A stretch of 63,989 nucleotides of DNA, filler included, from Reticulomyxa filosa (lineage: Eukaryota; Protista; Foraminifera), in assembly GCA_000512085.1 (NCBI GenBank). It is 18 parts of 18 records of this genome, joined end to end, with 100 filler letters (N's around TTAATTAATTAA, not from the genome) between each part and the next. Parts side by side here need not be neighbours in the genome. Positions count along the whole stretch, not along the records: positions 25,929 to 27,986 come from ASPP01005116.1; positions 28,087 to 30,387 come from ASPP01011937.1; positions 30,488 to 33,663 come from ASPP01020102.1; positions 33,764 to 34,792 come from ASPP01033910.1; positions 34,893 to 43,521 come from ASPP01047462.1; 13 more parts are not named here. The stretch is one strand, 5' to 3'. The notes beneath the pieces were generated by a model. That model worked only from the letters and a program-made list of their open reading frames with translations, did not search any database and was not told the DNA's origin. Numbering within the stretch: position 1 is the first letter of the stretch; each line of letters begins with the position of its first letter. Below are positions 25,929 through 37,937 of this stretch, piece by piece. The position numbers and the translations under genes were made by a program.

Positions 25929-27743
25929 ATTTATTAAATAAAAAAATGGTTACTTGTAATGTCGCTCTAAACATTCCATACAATAGTTGTGACCACAAGG
26001 GGCAAGATAAAATTGATCGGGTGGTTTTTCATCGAAGCAAACGCCACACAATTGAGTGGGTCCGACAGGCTTAGGCCTGTTTTCTTCTTGAGCTAAGATT
26101 TCTGCCACCGTCAGATGCGTCGTTGCACCGCTTGTTGTAGTAGCAGTAGTTGTCGTTGTTGTTGTTGCTCCAGCTGTAGTCGTTGCAGTTGTGTCCGTCG
26201 ATGTTTTTTCGTCGGAAATGTCTAAATGAGGTCCTTCGGGTGGAGTCACGTCAATTTTATCGCCATTCGGATCCACGTAATGTCGCCAAAATAGTAGCTT
26301 GCATGTTTCGCACACATCCTCCGCTACAAATTTATCTTTGCAAACAAAAACAAAAAAAAAAATAATCTTTTTTTAATGAACTTCCCCTCCCCCCCCCCCA
26401 AAAAAAAAAAAAAACAAAAAAACAAACAAGCATCTCCAGCCGAGTGTTTATGAGCATCGACGAGGAGCTTGTCATTGGGTCGAAAGCGATGCCACAGGCC
26501 GTCGGGATGTTGGAAGATGAACTCGACGGCGACCTCGACTGACTCTGCTTTGGTCATGGTGATGGCACACTCGGCCTGTCCGAGCTCAAAGCCCATTGCG
26601 ACGAGTCGATGGACAAAGTCGCGATAGGCGTTGTTGGTTGCTTCCAGTGTCAGCGGCGTTGAGTACAATGGCATGCGAAGCAACACGTCACGAGGAGGTA
26701 CCGCTATCTCTTCTTTGTGCTCTTCTTTCGTCTCTTTGTCTCCTTTGCCTTTCTTTTTTCTTTTTTTTTTTAATCATTGCACAAACCGAGGCATATTAAT
26801 ATAAATATAAATATAAATATATATATATATATATGTGCATATACATATGTGTATATATGTATACATATTTATATATATGTATATATATATATTTTTTTTT
26901 TTTTGAGTTAACTCTTCTGTCAACACTTCAAATGAAACTTGTCTTACTGACAAGACATCCGGTTTTTTATTTTCTTCTTGATTCTATTTGCACGCGTGTG
27001 TGTGTGTATATTTTTGTCTTTTTACATAGGGAAAAAAAAAAAATGCCCGCAAGATCAATGTTTGAGTTGTTGTTGTTGTTGTCAACGTAACGATGCCAGT
27101 GTCCAAAGAGATAGCCCGGATCATTGGGACAACCTCAGAGATGCCAGGCAGTACAAGTCGCTGTTGACCTCCAATTGTGTCTGTCGGCAGTGATGATCGT
27201 CTGTGGATTACATTGGGACTTTTTGAGTCAACGACTTTCGAATCTGCAACGCATCTCCCAATCAAATGCATATACATATACATATACGTGTGAACACACT
27301 TTCTTTTTATTTTTTTATTCTTACCAAAAAAAAAAAAAAAAAAAGGTAGTTTGATATAATCTGCAAACGTACATAGTTTGGCACATTCTCACCCCTCCCT
27401 CTCTTTGTTGTTTTCACTTTACTACTTGCATTTTTTTTTTTTTAAGACTATTGTACTCTCTCCCAAATTTTTTTTTTTTGCTTGTACGTTACATTTCAAA
27501 AAAAAAAAAAAAAAGAATGATTGGATGTAAGAACGAACCAAGTTGTGCCAGGTCAAGTAATGCCTCTCTTGTCTTGTCATGCGCAGACGAGGACGCAAGG
27601 TTATTGTCTTTTTTCTCTTCATTGGTAGATGTTGATATTGTTGTGGCGATATACTGAGAATGTTGATCAATTGCTTGAGTTGTTATTGTGATTGTTTCTT
27701 CTTTGGTTGGAAGTAAGATCTCTTTTGCTTCACCAGCACTCAT
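25929..27743 (-). CDS. UBA-domain + RING (RBR/Ariadne RING1-like) protein, 3'-truncated
   Basis: UBA: LVAMGFELGQAECAITMTKAESVEVAVEFIF. RING: CGVCFDEKPPDQFYLAPCGHNYCMECLERHY. The upstream exons (27489-27743, 26984-27260) are less certain. Confidence 0.75.
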
Positions 27744-28179
27744 CACTTTGTCTTCTCTTTTTTTTCAAGTATTGCAACAAGAGGCTAACACTTGTAACTT
27801 TGTTGCAAATAACACGAATCTTTTTCTTCCGACAGAACTTTAGTCCTATTTTTGTTGTATCCCTTTAAACAAAAAGAAAAAAAAGTGGGTGCACGAAAAG
27901 TTGTGTAATGTATACAACTTAAACAATAATTACATTCGTTCTATCTTTGTGAGAAGTATCCGATAAAATTAATTATTTACCAACTCNNNNNNNNNNNNNN
28001 NNNNNNNNNNNNNNNNNNNNNNNNNNNNNNTTAATTAATTAANNNNNNNNNNNNNNNNNNNNNNNNNNNNNNNNNNNNNNNNNNNNTATGTATATGTATA
28101 TATATATGCATATATGTACAATTAAATATCTCTGTATTTTTTTTGGGGGGGGGGGGAAAAAAAAAGGAAAAGAAAATGT

Positions 28180-30387
28180 GATGGTAAAATATCCGCAATT
28201 GGCGGGGAGTCAACCTCCACCTCCAAATGAGCCTCCTCCGGACGACTTGGTAGCGCAATACAAAGGGCCGGGCGCGCCAATGGAAATGTATACAGTGGGT
28301 GCGGATGTGGAACCAAACGTGGCGAATGGGTCGGACGATACGATGAACGCGCTTGCACCAATGTCGGCACCAGTGTCAGCACCTGCGTCAGCGTCAGCAT
28401 CAGCGTCGCGTCTGCGTCTGCGTCAGCACCGGCATTGGCACCAATGATGCAGAGCGAGCTGGAAGATTGGGTGACGTCGATCGGTCTGGGCGACCATAAG
28501 AAAGGAATGATGGGTGGATTTGAAAAGCTGGGCATTAAAGACTTTGAAGAGTTGAAGATATTCGCAATGAACCTGTATCACGACAGCTACGGAGAGCAGC
28601 AGAAGGCATTTCGAGAGGAGATGTTGAAGGCGTTTGAAGTCAATGGCATTGGTTTCGCTCAGCGTATGAAGTTTGAGATTTTCGCAAAGAAGTTGGTGCA
28701 AGAGGTGTTGAGCGAGCAAGAGAATGCCGTCGACCCTTCATTTGATCCGACATTGGTTAATCGAACTGTTGCGAGCAATGGCAATGGCAATGGCAATAAC
28801 AATAACAATAACAATGGCAATAACAATGGCAATAACAATGGTAATAACAATGGCAATGGTAATGATAATAAAATGAAAGCATCATCGTCATCATCGTCGT
28901 CGGGAATGAAAGGCAAAAAAGCAAATGATGGACAAGTGGTGGTAATGATCCAAGAAGAGGAGAGTCGGTACTTGAATGACTTGCAAATCCAAATGATCAA
29001 CTGTCAAGACGGATTGGAGCGCATTCAAAAATGCATCGTCGGCGTGGACACGCAAGAGAAGGCGGCGATCGCGGCCGTGACGCAGGAGTTTGAAGAGCTG
29101 ATCAAGTCGGTGGAAGAGAGGAAGCAACAGCTGGTCGAGTCGATCAAGGCCGTAGCTCAAGATAAATTCAAAGCGCTGGGAGAACAGAGCGAAGCGCTTC
29201 GAGCGGCCATGGCCAACTACCAGGAGACCATGGCCACATTCAATCGCATTTTGGCAAAGAACCAAAACTCGACGCGAGAAAACTTGCAAAAGCGCACGCA
29301 GCGATTGGCCGAAGTCGTCAACAATGCCTTGGCACAAAGGCCCAATATGGCACCTGTGTGTACCCCCTTGATTGGGTTCCATGTCAATATCAAGCCCATG
29401 ATACGCGATTTGCACGACTTGGGCATTGTCACGTGGGGCAATCCACCCGATGCCCCTTTCCTTATCAATGTTATCGTCACCGATTGGTCCATTCAGGCCC
29501 AATGGGTTGATCGCATTGCCGATGGCGCTGCTAATGACCAAATCGTATTAAGAGACCCTGTCATGGTATATCAGGTCCAGGTTCTAGCTGTCGATGATGA
29601 AGACAAGAATTTGGTGCAAAAGTTTCAGGATGTTGCTGCCCAACAGCAAAGACAAGAATGGCAAGATGGTCAAGACAATAGCAATGGCAATGGCAATGGC
29701 AATGACAATGACAATGGCAATGCTAATGGCAATGGCAATGGTAATCATAATGACAATGAGAAAGACAATCACGAAAATGATTATGACAATGACCAAAGCC
29801 AAAAGAAAAGCAACAAGTCCAAAAGTCCTCGCAAAAAAGCCACACCCAATGGCAGCGAACAAGACGCCATTCGCAAAGGCAAACATATTGTCAACAAATA
29901 TGTTGTCAATAAATACGTACTTTTGTGCGGATTTGTTCAACACTCCCTCTCCTATGCCATTCGCGTTCGAGCCAAGAACAGAAATGGATGGGGAGAATTC
30001 AGTGATATTGCCACTTGTAAAACTAAAAAGAAAAAAAAGAGTTTAGTCACACTTATATACATATATATATAATGTATTTATTTATTCATTTATTCATTTT
30101 TGTTTATAGGAAAACCAACAACGGTGAGTGGAGTAAAAGTGACGTCACACTTGGGACATAACGAAGACGGACATCCTGACAATTTGTTGGTGTCGAATGA
30201 ACACTTATTGTATCAGTCATTGTTAAATAGTGAGTTCATTGTGGACCATGCCATGAAACAGGAAAATCCATCGCTCAATGTGAGTGAAAATGTTGACTTT
30301 GTCGATTGGGTTGCGTTCGACTTGGGCAGGCTGGTCGAAATTGCCACGTTTCGAATCAAGTTTGATATGCGCTCCACACGCTATGGC
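28180..30387 (+). CDS. SAM-like + coiled-coil + FN3 + possible discoidin-like protein, 3'-truncated, frameshift in GCGTCN repeat near 28405
   Basis: SAM-like: ELEDWVTSIGLG...FEKLGIKDFEEL...GIGFAQRMKF. Coiled coil: QEFEELIKSVEERKQQLVESI. FN3: PPDAP...WSIQAQW...YQVQ...YAIRVRAKNRNGWGEFS. Discoidin-like: WVAFDLGRLVEI. Confidence 0.7.
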
Positions 30388-30487
30388 NNNNNNNNNNNNN
30401 NNNNNNNNNNNNNNNNNNNNNNNNNNNNNNNTTAATTAATTAANNNNNNNNNNNNNNNNNNNNNNNNNNNNNNNNNNNNNNNNNNNN

Positions 30488-30940
30488 AATGATAATGATA
30501 ATGATAATGACAATGAGGACGATGATAAAGGAGAAGAAGACTACACTCCTGACGAGTTTGATAATGCTAATGATGGAAATGACGATGGCATAGACGACAA
30601 TGTTATAGTCTTTTGTGATGGCAAATTTGGAATCGTAGAAGGCTTCATTGCCAGGAGGATTGTGCTGAAAAATGACGCAACCAACAACAAACAGAAATTA
30701 GGATTTGAATATCTCACAAAAATTGCTAATCAAAAGGATCCACAATGGATCGATGAAGATGAATTGCAAGACTATTTTCATATGCTTGATATGTTCGAAG
30801 AAGAAATGGATGAAGAAATTCTTTTAACTCATCCAAAACTATTTATTCAAGAATTCAATTTATTGGATACAGAACAACCATTGTCGCTGTCACAAGAACG
30901 ATCACAGGAACAACCACAAGAAGAGGAAAAAAATAATTAA
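30488..30940 (+). CDS. Acidic protein C-terminal fragment with a chromodomain-like segment
   Basis: Open frame from the contig edge: an acidic tract, then FGIVEGFIARRIV...GFEYLTKIANQKDPQWIDEDELQDYFHMLDMFEEE. Confidence 0.5.
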   Translation, partial: NDNDNDNDNEDDDKGEEDYTPDEFDNANDGNDDGIDDNVIVFCDGKFGIVEGFIARRIVLKNDATNNKQKLGFEYLTKIANQKDPQWIDEDELQDYFHMLDMFEEEMDEEILLTHPKLFIQEFNLLDTEQPLSLSQERSQEQPQEEEKNN

Positions 30941-31454
30941 ACTCCAATATAAAGCCACGTTTCTATTCTTTTGTTTTAAATGTACCAAAATAATTTTTTT
31001 TAAGTATAATTGTGTGATTCAGGGAAAATTCAAATTGTTATTGGATATCTTATTTTCCTTAGTTCAATAAATTGTGTTCTATAGCTTTTTGTATTACACT
31101 TTTTTTTAGTTCAACAAGCTCATACTCCATTGTTGCTATTCTTCAAAGTAATATGCTTTGAATTATAAAAAAGATAATAGTAAAGAAATAAAAGCGGTGA
31201 ATTAAAACTTGTGAAATTCAAGAAAAAGTCTTATTTTCTAATTATGATCCAACATTATTTGTTCCAATGCATTTCGCTCTGCAATAAACAATTAATTTAC
31301 TGCTCTTCAAATTAAAATTTGAATATATGCAGTTGCTATCATTAAACATAGCAGCATCCAAAAAATATGAAATTGCAATGATAAGCAGAATGGCACAGGT
31401 CGAATCGTCGTGTTTAAGCCTTTGTGAAGCTTCCTTGATATTCTTAAAAGTGAC

Positions 31455-33663
31455 ATGAAGATTGAAGTACATTTTGAAGGAACAGATGCCACTGTAGTTT
31501 ATGACGTGGCAGATCCACCCAAGCGTAAATTGTCGCATTTGCAGCAATATAGGTTCACAACGAATTTGCTGTGCGACTTGAAGCGAAAAATCCAGAAAAC
31601 TCATAACATTTTGCCAACGGAACAACAGTTGACAGTTTTGAGCTCGACAAAGCAAATCAGTGATGCTTTCTTTTTATCTGTATTTCCACGCATGAAATGT
31701 ACCAAGCGTGTGAGAGACCCGGCCAATGTAATCAAAATCTTGGGATGGTGTGACGACTCGTACGAGCTGAAAGTGGACCGAAATGATACCTTGCTCGTAT
31801 AGAAAACAAGCAGACCAACATATATTATATCTGCGTTGTAAATTGTATTTTTTGACAATATAACTTGAGAGAGTGATAATGAGGAAAAGGAGAATGGATA
31901 AGTGTACGTATTGAATATTATGCATTTGCATTTTTGACTGCTTGGATCCACATATACATATGTATATGTGTATGTGGTATTGTGTCACAGGACGTAAAAT
32001 TTTTGTTGGCCGATAAATTGCAAACCCAGCCCGAGAATTTGCAATTTGTGTTGAATTATTCCCAAAGATTATATGACAACAAGTAAAAAAAAAGTACCTT
32101 GTGTTCTGTCTGTTACGATAATATATGGATATGTTGTGTCACTCTCACGACAGACAATTCGACATGTGTTTACAATATTTGATAATTTGTGCATTTGTTT
32201 TTTTTATTTCAGTGATACTGTTACCAAGATTGGTCTGCTCGGCACCACTCAACCCACAACCACTTGCCATTATTGGCTAGAGATACCTGACGAAGAAGAC
32301 CCTTTCAATATTGTGTATCGCTCGTTACCAAAGTTAATGATTTCAGACCCAGCGGAACCCACTTTGGGCCATTTCTTTCGAAATCGTGTTCAGAAATATG
32401 GAAAGAGGGGACATTTAGGTACGACGATGTAAGATTTTCTTTTCATTCAACTAATTTTTTAAAATCAATTTCAAATAGCATTGACATTTTGTGTGATCTT
32501 GCCCAAAAAAAAAAGGTGTACGAAAGTTTAATTCGGATGGAAGCCGTGGAGAATATGAATATTTGTCATTTGACGATACCGGACGTCGTGTTTCTAACAT
32601 AGCATCGGGTATTCGAAGTTTGGGATTAAATTCGGTGAGTCACAATCTATGTAGATTTTTCAATGTGTATGAGTGTGCGTGAAAGAAATAACAATTTGAC
32701 TTTTCGCACCAGTACGGAAAAATGCAAATATACTTTTTGCAAAAAAAAAACTTTTGGAAAAAAAAAGGGCAATGAAACACGTGTTGGCATTTGCATGGCC
32801 AATCGACCAGAATGGGTCTTAACGGACTATGCTTGTCACACGCAAGGGTTTGTAAGCATTCCTTTGTACGATACGTTGGCAAAGAATGCCATTGAATACA
32901 TCATTAATCACGCCGGCGTAGTCATTGTATTTTGTGATGTCAAAACCATTGGAGAGGTCATCGCAGCGAAGAAATTGTGTCCGACTTTGAAGTACGTTGT
33001 GGTATGCAACGATTGGCCAACGGACAAAGAATGGCTTCAGAAAAATAGTTGATTGAATCTTTTTTTGTTTATGTGTCCATCTGAATGACAATGATCGAAT
33101 AAACTATGCATAAACACACACCTCACGCACAAAACTTTGAAACAAAGGCCATGCTGGATTCACGCACCAATTCACTGAATTGGAGGCAATTGGCGCAAAT
33201 AAGCGTGTGAGTGATGTGTTTTGTTCGCCAAACGATTTGGCGACCATTTGTTACACGAGTGGCACAACGGGAGATCCAAAAGGTGCCATGTTAACTCATA
33301 AAAACGTCATGACCGCTTTGACGGCATTTCGAGTTAAAATAAGACATTATGTTGGCGTAGATGACTCTGCTGTGTCATTTTTGCCATTGGCCCACGCGTA
33401 TGAAAAGTTGATGGAACTGTTTTTTTTGGACTTTGGTGTCAAAATTGGATACTGGCGAGGAGTTTTGTTTTTTTTTTGACAAGTCTAGTCTTCCTCATTT
33501 TTGAAAAAAAAACTAATGTATTATATTAAATCAATCACACAATAAAAGGACGCAACGCAATTATTGGAGGACATCCAAATGGTGAAACCAACCATCTTTG
33601 CAGGAGTACCGTTGAGTTTTTTGTACTCCCTTTGCGAAATGAAGGGAGCAAAAAAAAAAAAAA
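31455..33663 (+). CDS. Long-chain acyl-CoA synthetase (AMP-binding family) with two N-terminal ubiquitin-like domains, 3'-truncated
   Basis: LACS motifs: GEYEYLSF, VGICMANRPEW, IPLYDTL, DLATICYTSGTTGDPKGAMLTHKN, SFLPLAHAYE, LLEDIQMVKPTIFAGVP. The upstream exons splice in and encode two ubiquitin-like units. Confidence 0.88.
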
Positions 33664-36329
33664 NNNNNNNNNNNNNNNNNNNNNNNNNNNNNNNNNNNNN
33701 NNNNNNNTTAATTAATTAANNNNNNNNNNNNNNNNNNNNNNNNNNNNNNNNNNNNNNNNNNNNATCGAAGATTAACTTCGAATTTCGTTCAGATACTGCT
33801 AGATGTTGCAGTATCTAGTTGTTTTTTGCTTCCTTCCTTCAAAATGCAACTTTTTTTCAAAAGTTTATATCATGATGAATGATTTTTTTTTTTTGAAGAA
33901 GATATTGCTGATATTCAATCAGAATTGGAGAATGAAGGTCATGCAATTAGAGCAGTTTATCGTTCGAAGAAATCGCAAAAAGTCATTTATATACATTACA
34001 AGTCTATAGATCAAGCTAAGCAAGTGAAGAAACATGCGAAATTGCGTATTGGTTTCATCAATGCGATTATTATAATAATAGCATAAAAAATATAGAAAAT
34101 GTTGTTGATGAGAAACAACAGCAAGAGATAATATACAAAAATGAAATTTTGGACCTAAATACAGCAATAAAATTTGATAGATTAACATTCCAAGATCATC
34201 ATACGATCATTGAGTAAACAAGACCGTATGGATATGTATAAAAATACTTCTCATTGGAAAGAATATATTTCCAAAAATTATAAATATATTACAAGCATCA
34301 AATTATTATCTATGCTCGGGGCTAAAGCTGTAACTGTATTCAAAGAAAGACTTACAAGATTGAACATGCAGTGCACCAATGTGGAAATTGTTGAAGGACC
34401 TAAGTCCAAGTCTTTCTACAAGATTACCTTCAATGATGCAATTGGAGCTGCAGTATTAGGATATGAACGACCACAAGAACATTGAAGACATTTATTTTTG
34501 TTTTTGTAATGTTGATTGTTGTTTACTTTTTGTATTTCTGTACTCATTTTTGGATGAGGTGCTTGTTCACATTGTTTTCCTTTATGAATTCAACAGCAAC
34601 ATTCTATCTCTAAAAAAACAAAGATTACACCAACACCAGCAATCAGCGATGATAGACGAAAATTATCAGAAACGATGACATTTCCGATATTAATGCAAAG
34701 AAAAAAAGATAGATTAGACAGAAAATATAGTGTAATTACAAATTCAATGACGCAATCCATGATTATTCAGGAAGCAGATATGCTGTCGAATCNNNNNNNN
34801 NNNNNNNNNNNNNNNNNNNNNNNNNNNNNNNNNNNNTTAATTAATTAANNNNNNNNNNNNNNNNNNNNNNNNNNNNNNNNNNNNNNNNNNNNTTGTATTT
34901 TGAAAGAGATTGTGGTTGGAAGTGTCAAGATACTTCAACATCTATTAAGTTTTGAAGAAGATTTTGAAAGTCAAAAACTTTAATATTCAGAGTAAAACTT
35001 TTGCAAGGGGACGTCGCTATTCATTAAATAAAACTTTGGATCTCTATTTTTGCGTCCTGGCTGATCGTGGCTGAATCTCCAAGTAATAAGAATTAACCTT
35101 AAACCCATTAGCGGTAAAAAAAACATTCTACCATGGCAAAATGGCAAAATGAAAGTGAAATGCCAAAAATGGGCGGAACCCAAAGGCTTCCGGCCAAAGA
35201 AAAAGACATTGAAATGTGTTTTTTTTGTTCTCAACGTCTTGGAAACCCCCATCAAACGTGGAAACAGAGGGCTCCAATCAAAATTTTGATGAATTAACTG
35301 TCCTTTAGGACGTCTCAAATTGAAGAGTATCGGAAATAAAGTAAATTAATTGTTTGTTCCGTTGATGTGTTTTGAATAAATGTTTATTCTATAATTTTCA
35401 TTCGGTGCGTTTTAAAGTTTTTGTGAAGGCAGCCAGTTGAAATAAATTTCACGTTGTTTTTTCTTTCGTATTTTGTGGGCTACCAAGTTCCTTAAGGAAT
35501 TTGAAGGCCTGGTATTCCACAATTTATGAAAGAAATATTAAAATATCTTTGTTTATTGTTTTATCACTTTTTTTCATTGTACTTCTTTGTTATTTTAACC
35601 TTTTTTTACTTTGATTGTGTTGTCTCTTTGGTTGGTAAGTAAGAGCGCATAAGTATGCCAAATGTTGCATTTATTGATTACTTTGTAAGGCATTATAATC
35701 TTAGTACTGTATTCCGTGTGAAATGCTTAGTTACAATGTTTTTTCCCCTTTTCTTTTCGTTTGGAATTTCAATATTACAACTTCCTCAACTAAAAAAAAT
35801 TTTCAACATAATTTCCAACAGAAAAATGTCAATAAAATCCAATAAAAAAATCTTCAAAATAACAAATTTGCAATTTCTTTTTAATGTCCCGAAGACCCTC
35901 TTCAAGTATTTCAAATAAATCTTCCAATTGATTAATACAAATAATCTTTCAAAAACAGCCAATTTTCTTAAGGAAATTTCCTAAAGAAATTTTTTCCAAT
36001 ATTTCAAACGCTAATATTTCAAAATAGTTTCAAATCTTGAAAGATCTTGGAGTATCTTGAACTTACCTACCTTGATCCCTTCAAAAAAACAACTTTTGCA
36101 TTAAGTTGAAAATGATTATGAAGTAGTCTAAATTTTTTTCCAAGAATGATTTGAACATTTGTCAAATTTCTCAAGGCAATCAATCTCAATTTAAATTGAA
36201 ATAATTTTATTGTTTTTCTTTTGATTATTTTTGCACTGAACTTTTGGTCGCTGTAAGATTTTGTGCGTCTTTCTTTTGTTTTGTGTTTCTTTTTTAGTAT
36301 TGTGTTCTATTTATTAGAACGAGTCGCTC

Positions 36330-37760
36330 TTTTAACTAGAAAAACCTGAGTTTGTGCATGTAGATAGGGCAAAAAGTATTGCGAGTTGATGATGAAGCGA
36401 TAGAGTAGTTCAACACTTGATACGCCCCCACTGCAACCAATCTAAAAATAAATAAATAAAAAACAAAGTGAAGAATATGAAATTGCCAGAAAATGATGCA
36501 TTTCCGATATGAATACAAAGAAAAGAACAAGTGAACAAACTTAACATGCATCAATTGCCAAGAAATATTATTGCTCACACATTCTCCCAAAACAATATTC
36601 GTTCATTTTTCTATGATTTGAACGAGAAACAACTTTGTGATGCATTCGACAATAAACAATTTCTGTCGCATGTAGATTAGAAATATCCAAAAAAATCCAA
36701 GAAATACAAACTATTCTATTCTAAGTCCCAAACATTCGAACAGATTTACATCAGAAGCGGCCCCATGTCTGTATTGCAAGATTTATTCAGATCAAAGAAT
36801 ATTAACATCGATTATAACTTACAGTATCTTTATGTTCATCACTGTATTGAAGCAGTAAGATCTGAATTGTTACGTCGAATAGATTTACATTAATCACTAT
36901 CATTCAATAACATGACTGACACATTCAATATTCAAGAAATACATATGTTCTAAAAATTACTGAATATATTGAATTCACATCACCACGCATATTTGGATCA
37001 TAACATCTACTATTTGTGTGATTGTATTCTTGGTTTCGTTTTGTCCAATGGATTACATATTATTAATACATTACCATTTGACTATACATTCATTAGAGGC
37101 AATGCAACATCAAGTATTGATATTACATTATGTTCATTGTCTATTCTTCCATTTATTAGTAATTGGATTTACACTAAGATCATCTCACAATCACGTTCAT
37201 ATCAAAACCAAGTGATTATCACGACGAATTAAACTACAAAAGATTGATATTTGTAATCTGATTAGAAACAAATCGGGACAATTTAGATTGATGTTGAAAA
37301 AAGAATATTGACAATTGGATGCAATCTATTGATCAAATTATATCATTATATCAAAATTCTTTAGATATACATATGGTAAACAACATTGTCATTGCAATAA
37401 TTAATTCAATTTCTATGCTACCTTAAATCGATTTGATGCCCACGAACGCATATATATATTTGTAGATTGATCAAGTATAAAATTGGGCTAAATGGAGTTT
37501 ATGTTCAAGATCAAAAGAGATTATTCTCATATTGCAAATAGTCCAAAAATAAAGAAGAATCTTGTGCACATTTTCTAATGAAATGCACACAATATCAATA
37601 ACTTAGAGAGGTATTACTAGCATCAATCAATAATTTGTAACCTCACGTTCAATTCAATGCATCGAATCCGAGAAGTTTGACGATTTGATACAAGATATTT
37701 GAACCTGAAACCAAAACAAAATTTAATTTGTACTTAATTGCATGAGACAATGCTTTTGAA
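36330..37760 (+). mobile_element. Decayed, internally deleted non-LTR (LINE-like) retrotransposon
   Basis: Remnants in LINE order: a CINC knuckle (~36546), APE-endonuclease motifs NSHH and SSIDITLCS (36969-37232), and a C-terminal ESCAHFLMKC knuckle (~37555-37590). Many stops and frameshifts. Confidence 0.6.
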
Positions 37761-37937
37761 GAAATTATAAGAAAAGAAATAATATAAAAAATAAAATGCA
37801 ACAAGAAGCCAAAAGGTTGCAAATTTTAAAGCTTGTGATTTAAAATTCATGATTGAGTTTTTTTGCACGTATAAAAAGATGTAAAAGAATAGACGCATTT
37901 AATTGTTTACTTTTTTCTAAAGTTTGGTAGTGTTGAA

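Noticed and set aside
4227-33663. A ubiquitin/immunity gene cluster (RNF213-like, RBR, TRIM-like, UBL-LACS)
   Set aside because: The genes lie on different contigs separated by artificial spacers, so their adjacency is meaningless.
33764-34792. Short ORFs, possibly retroelement ORF1
   Set aside because: Fragmented, with no diagnostic motif I can support.
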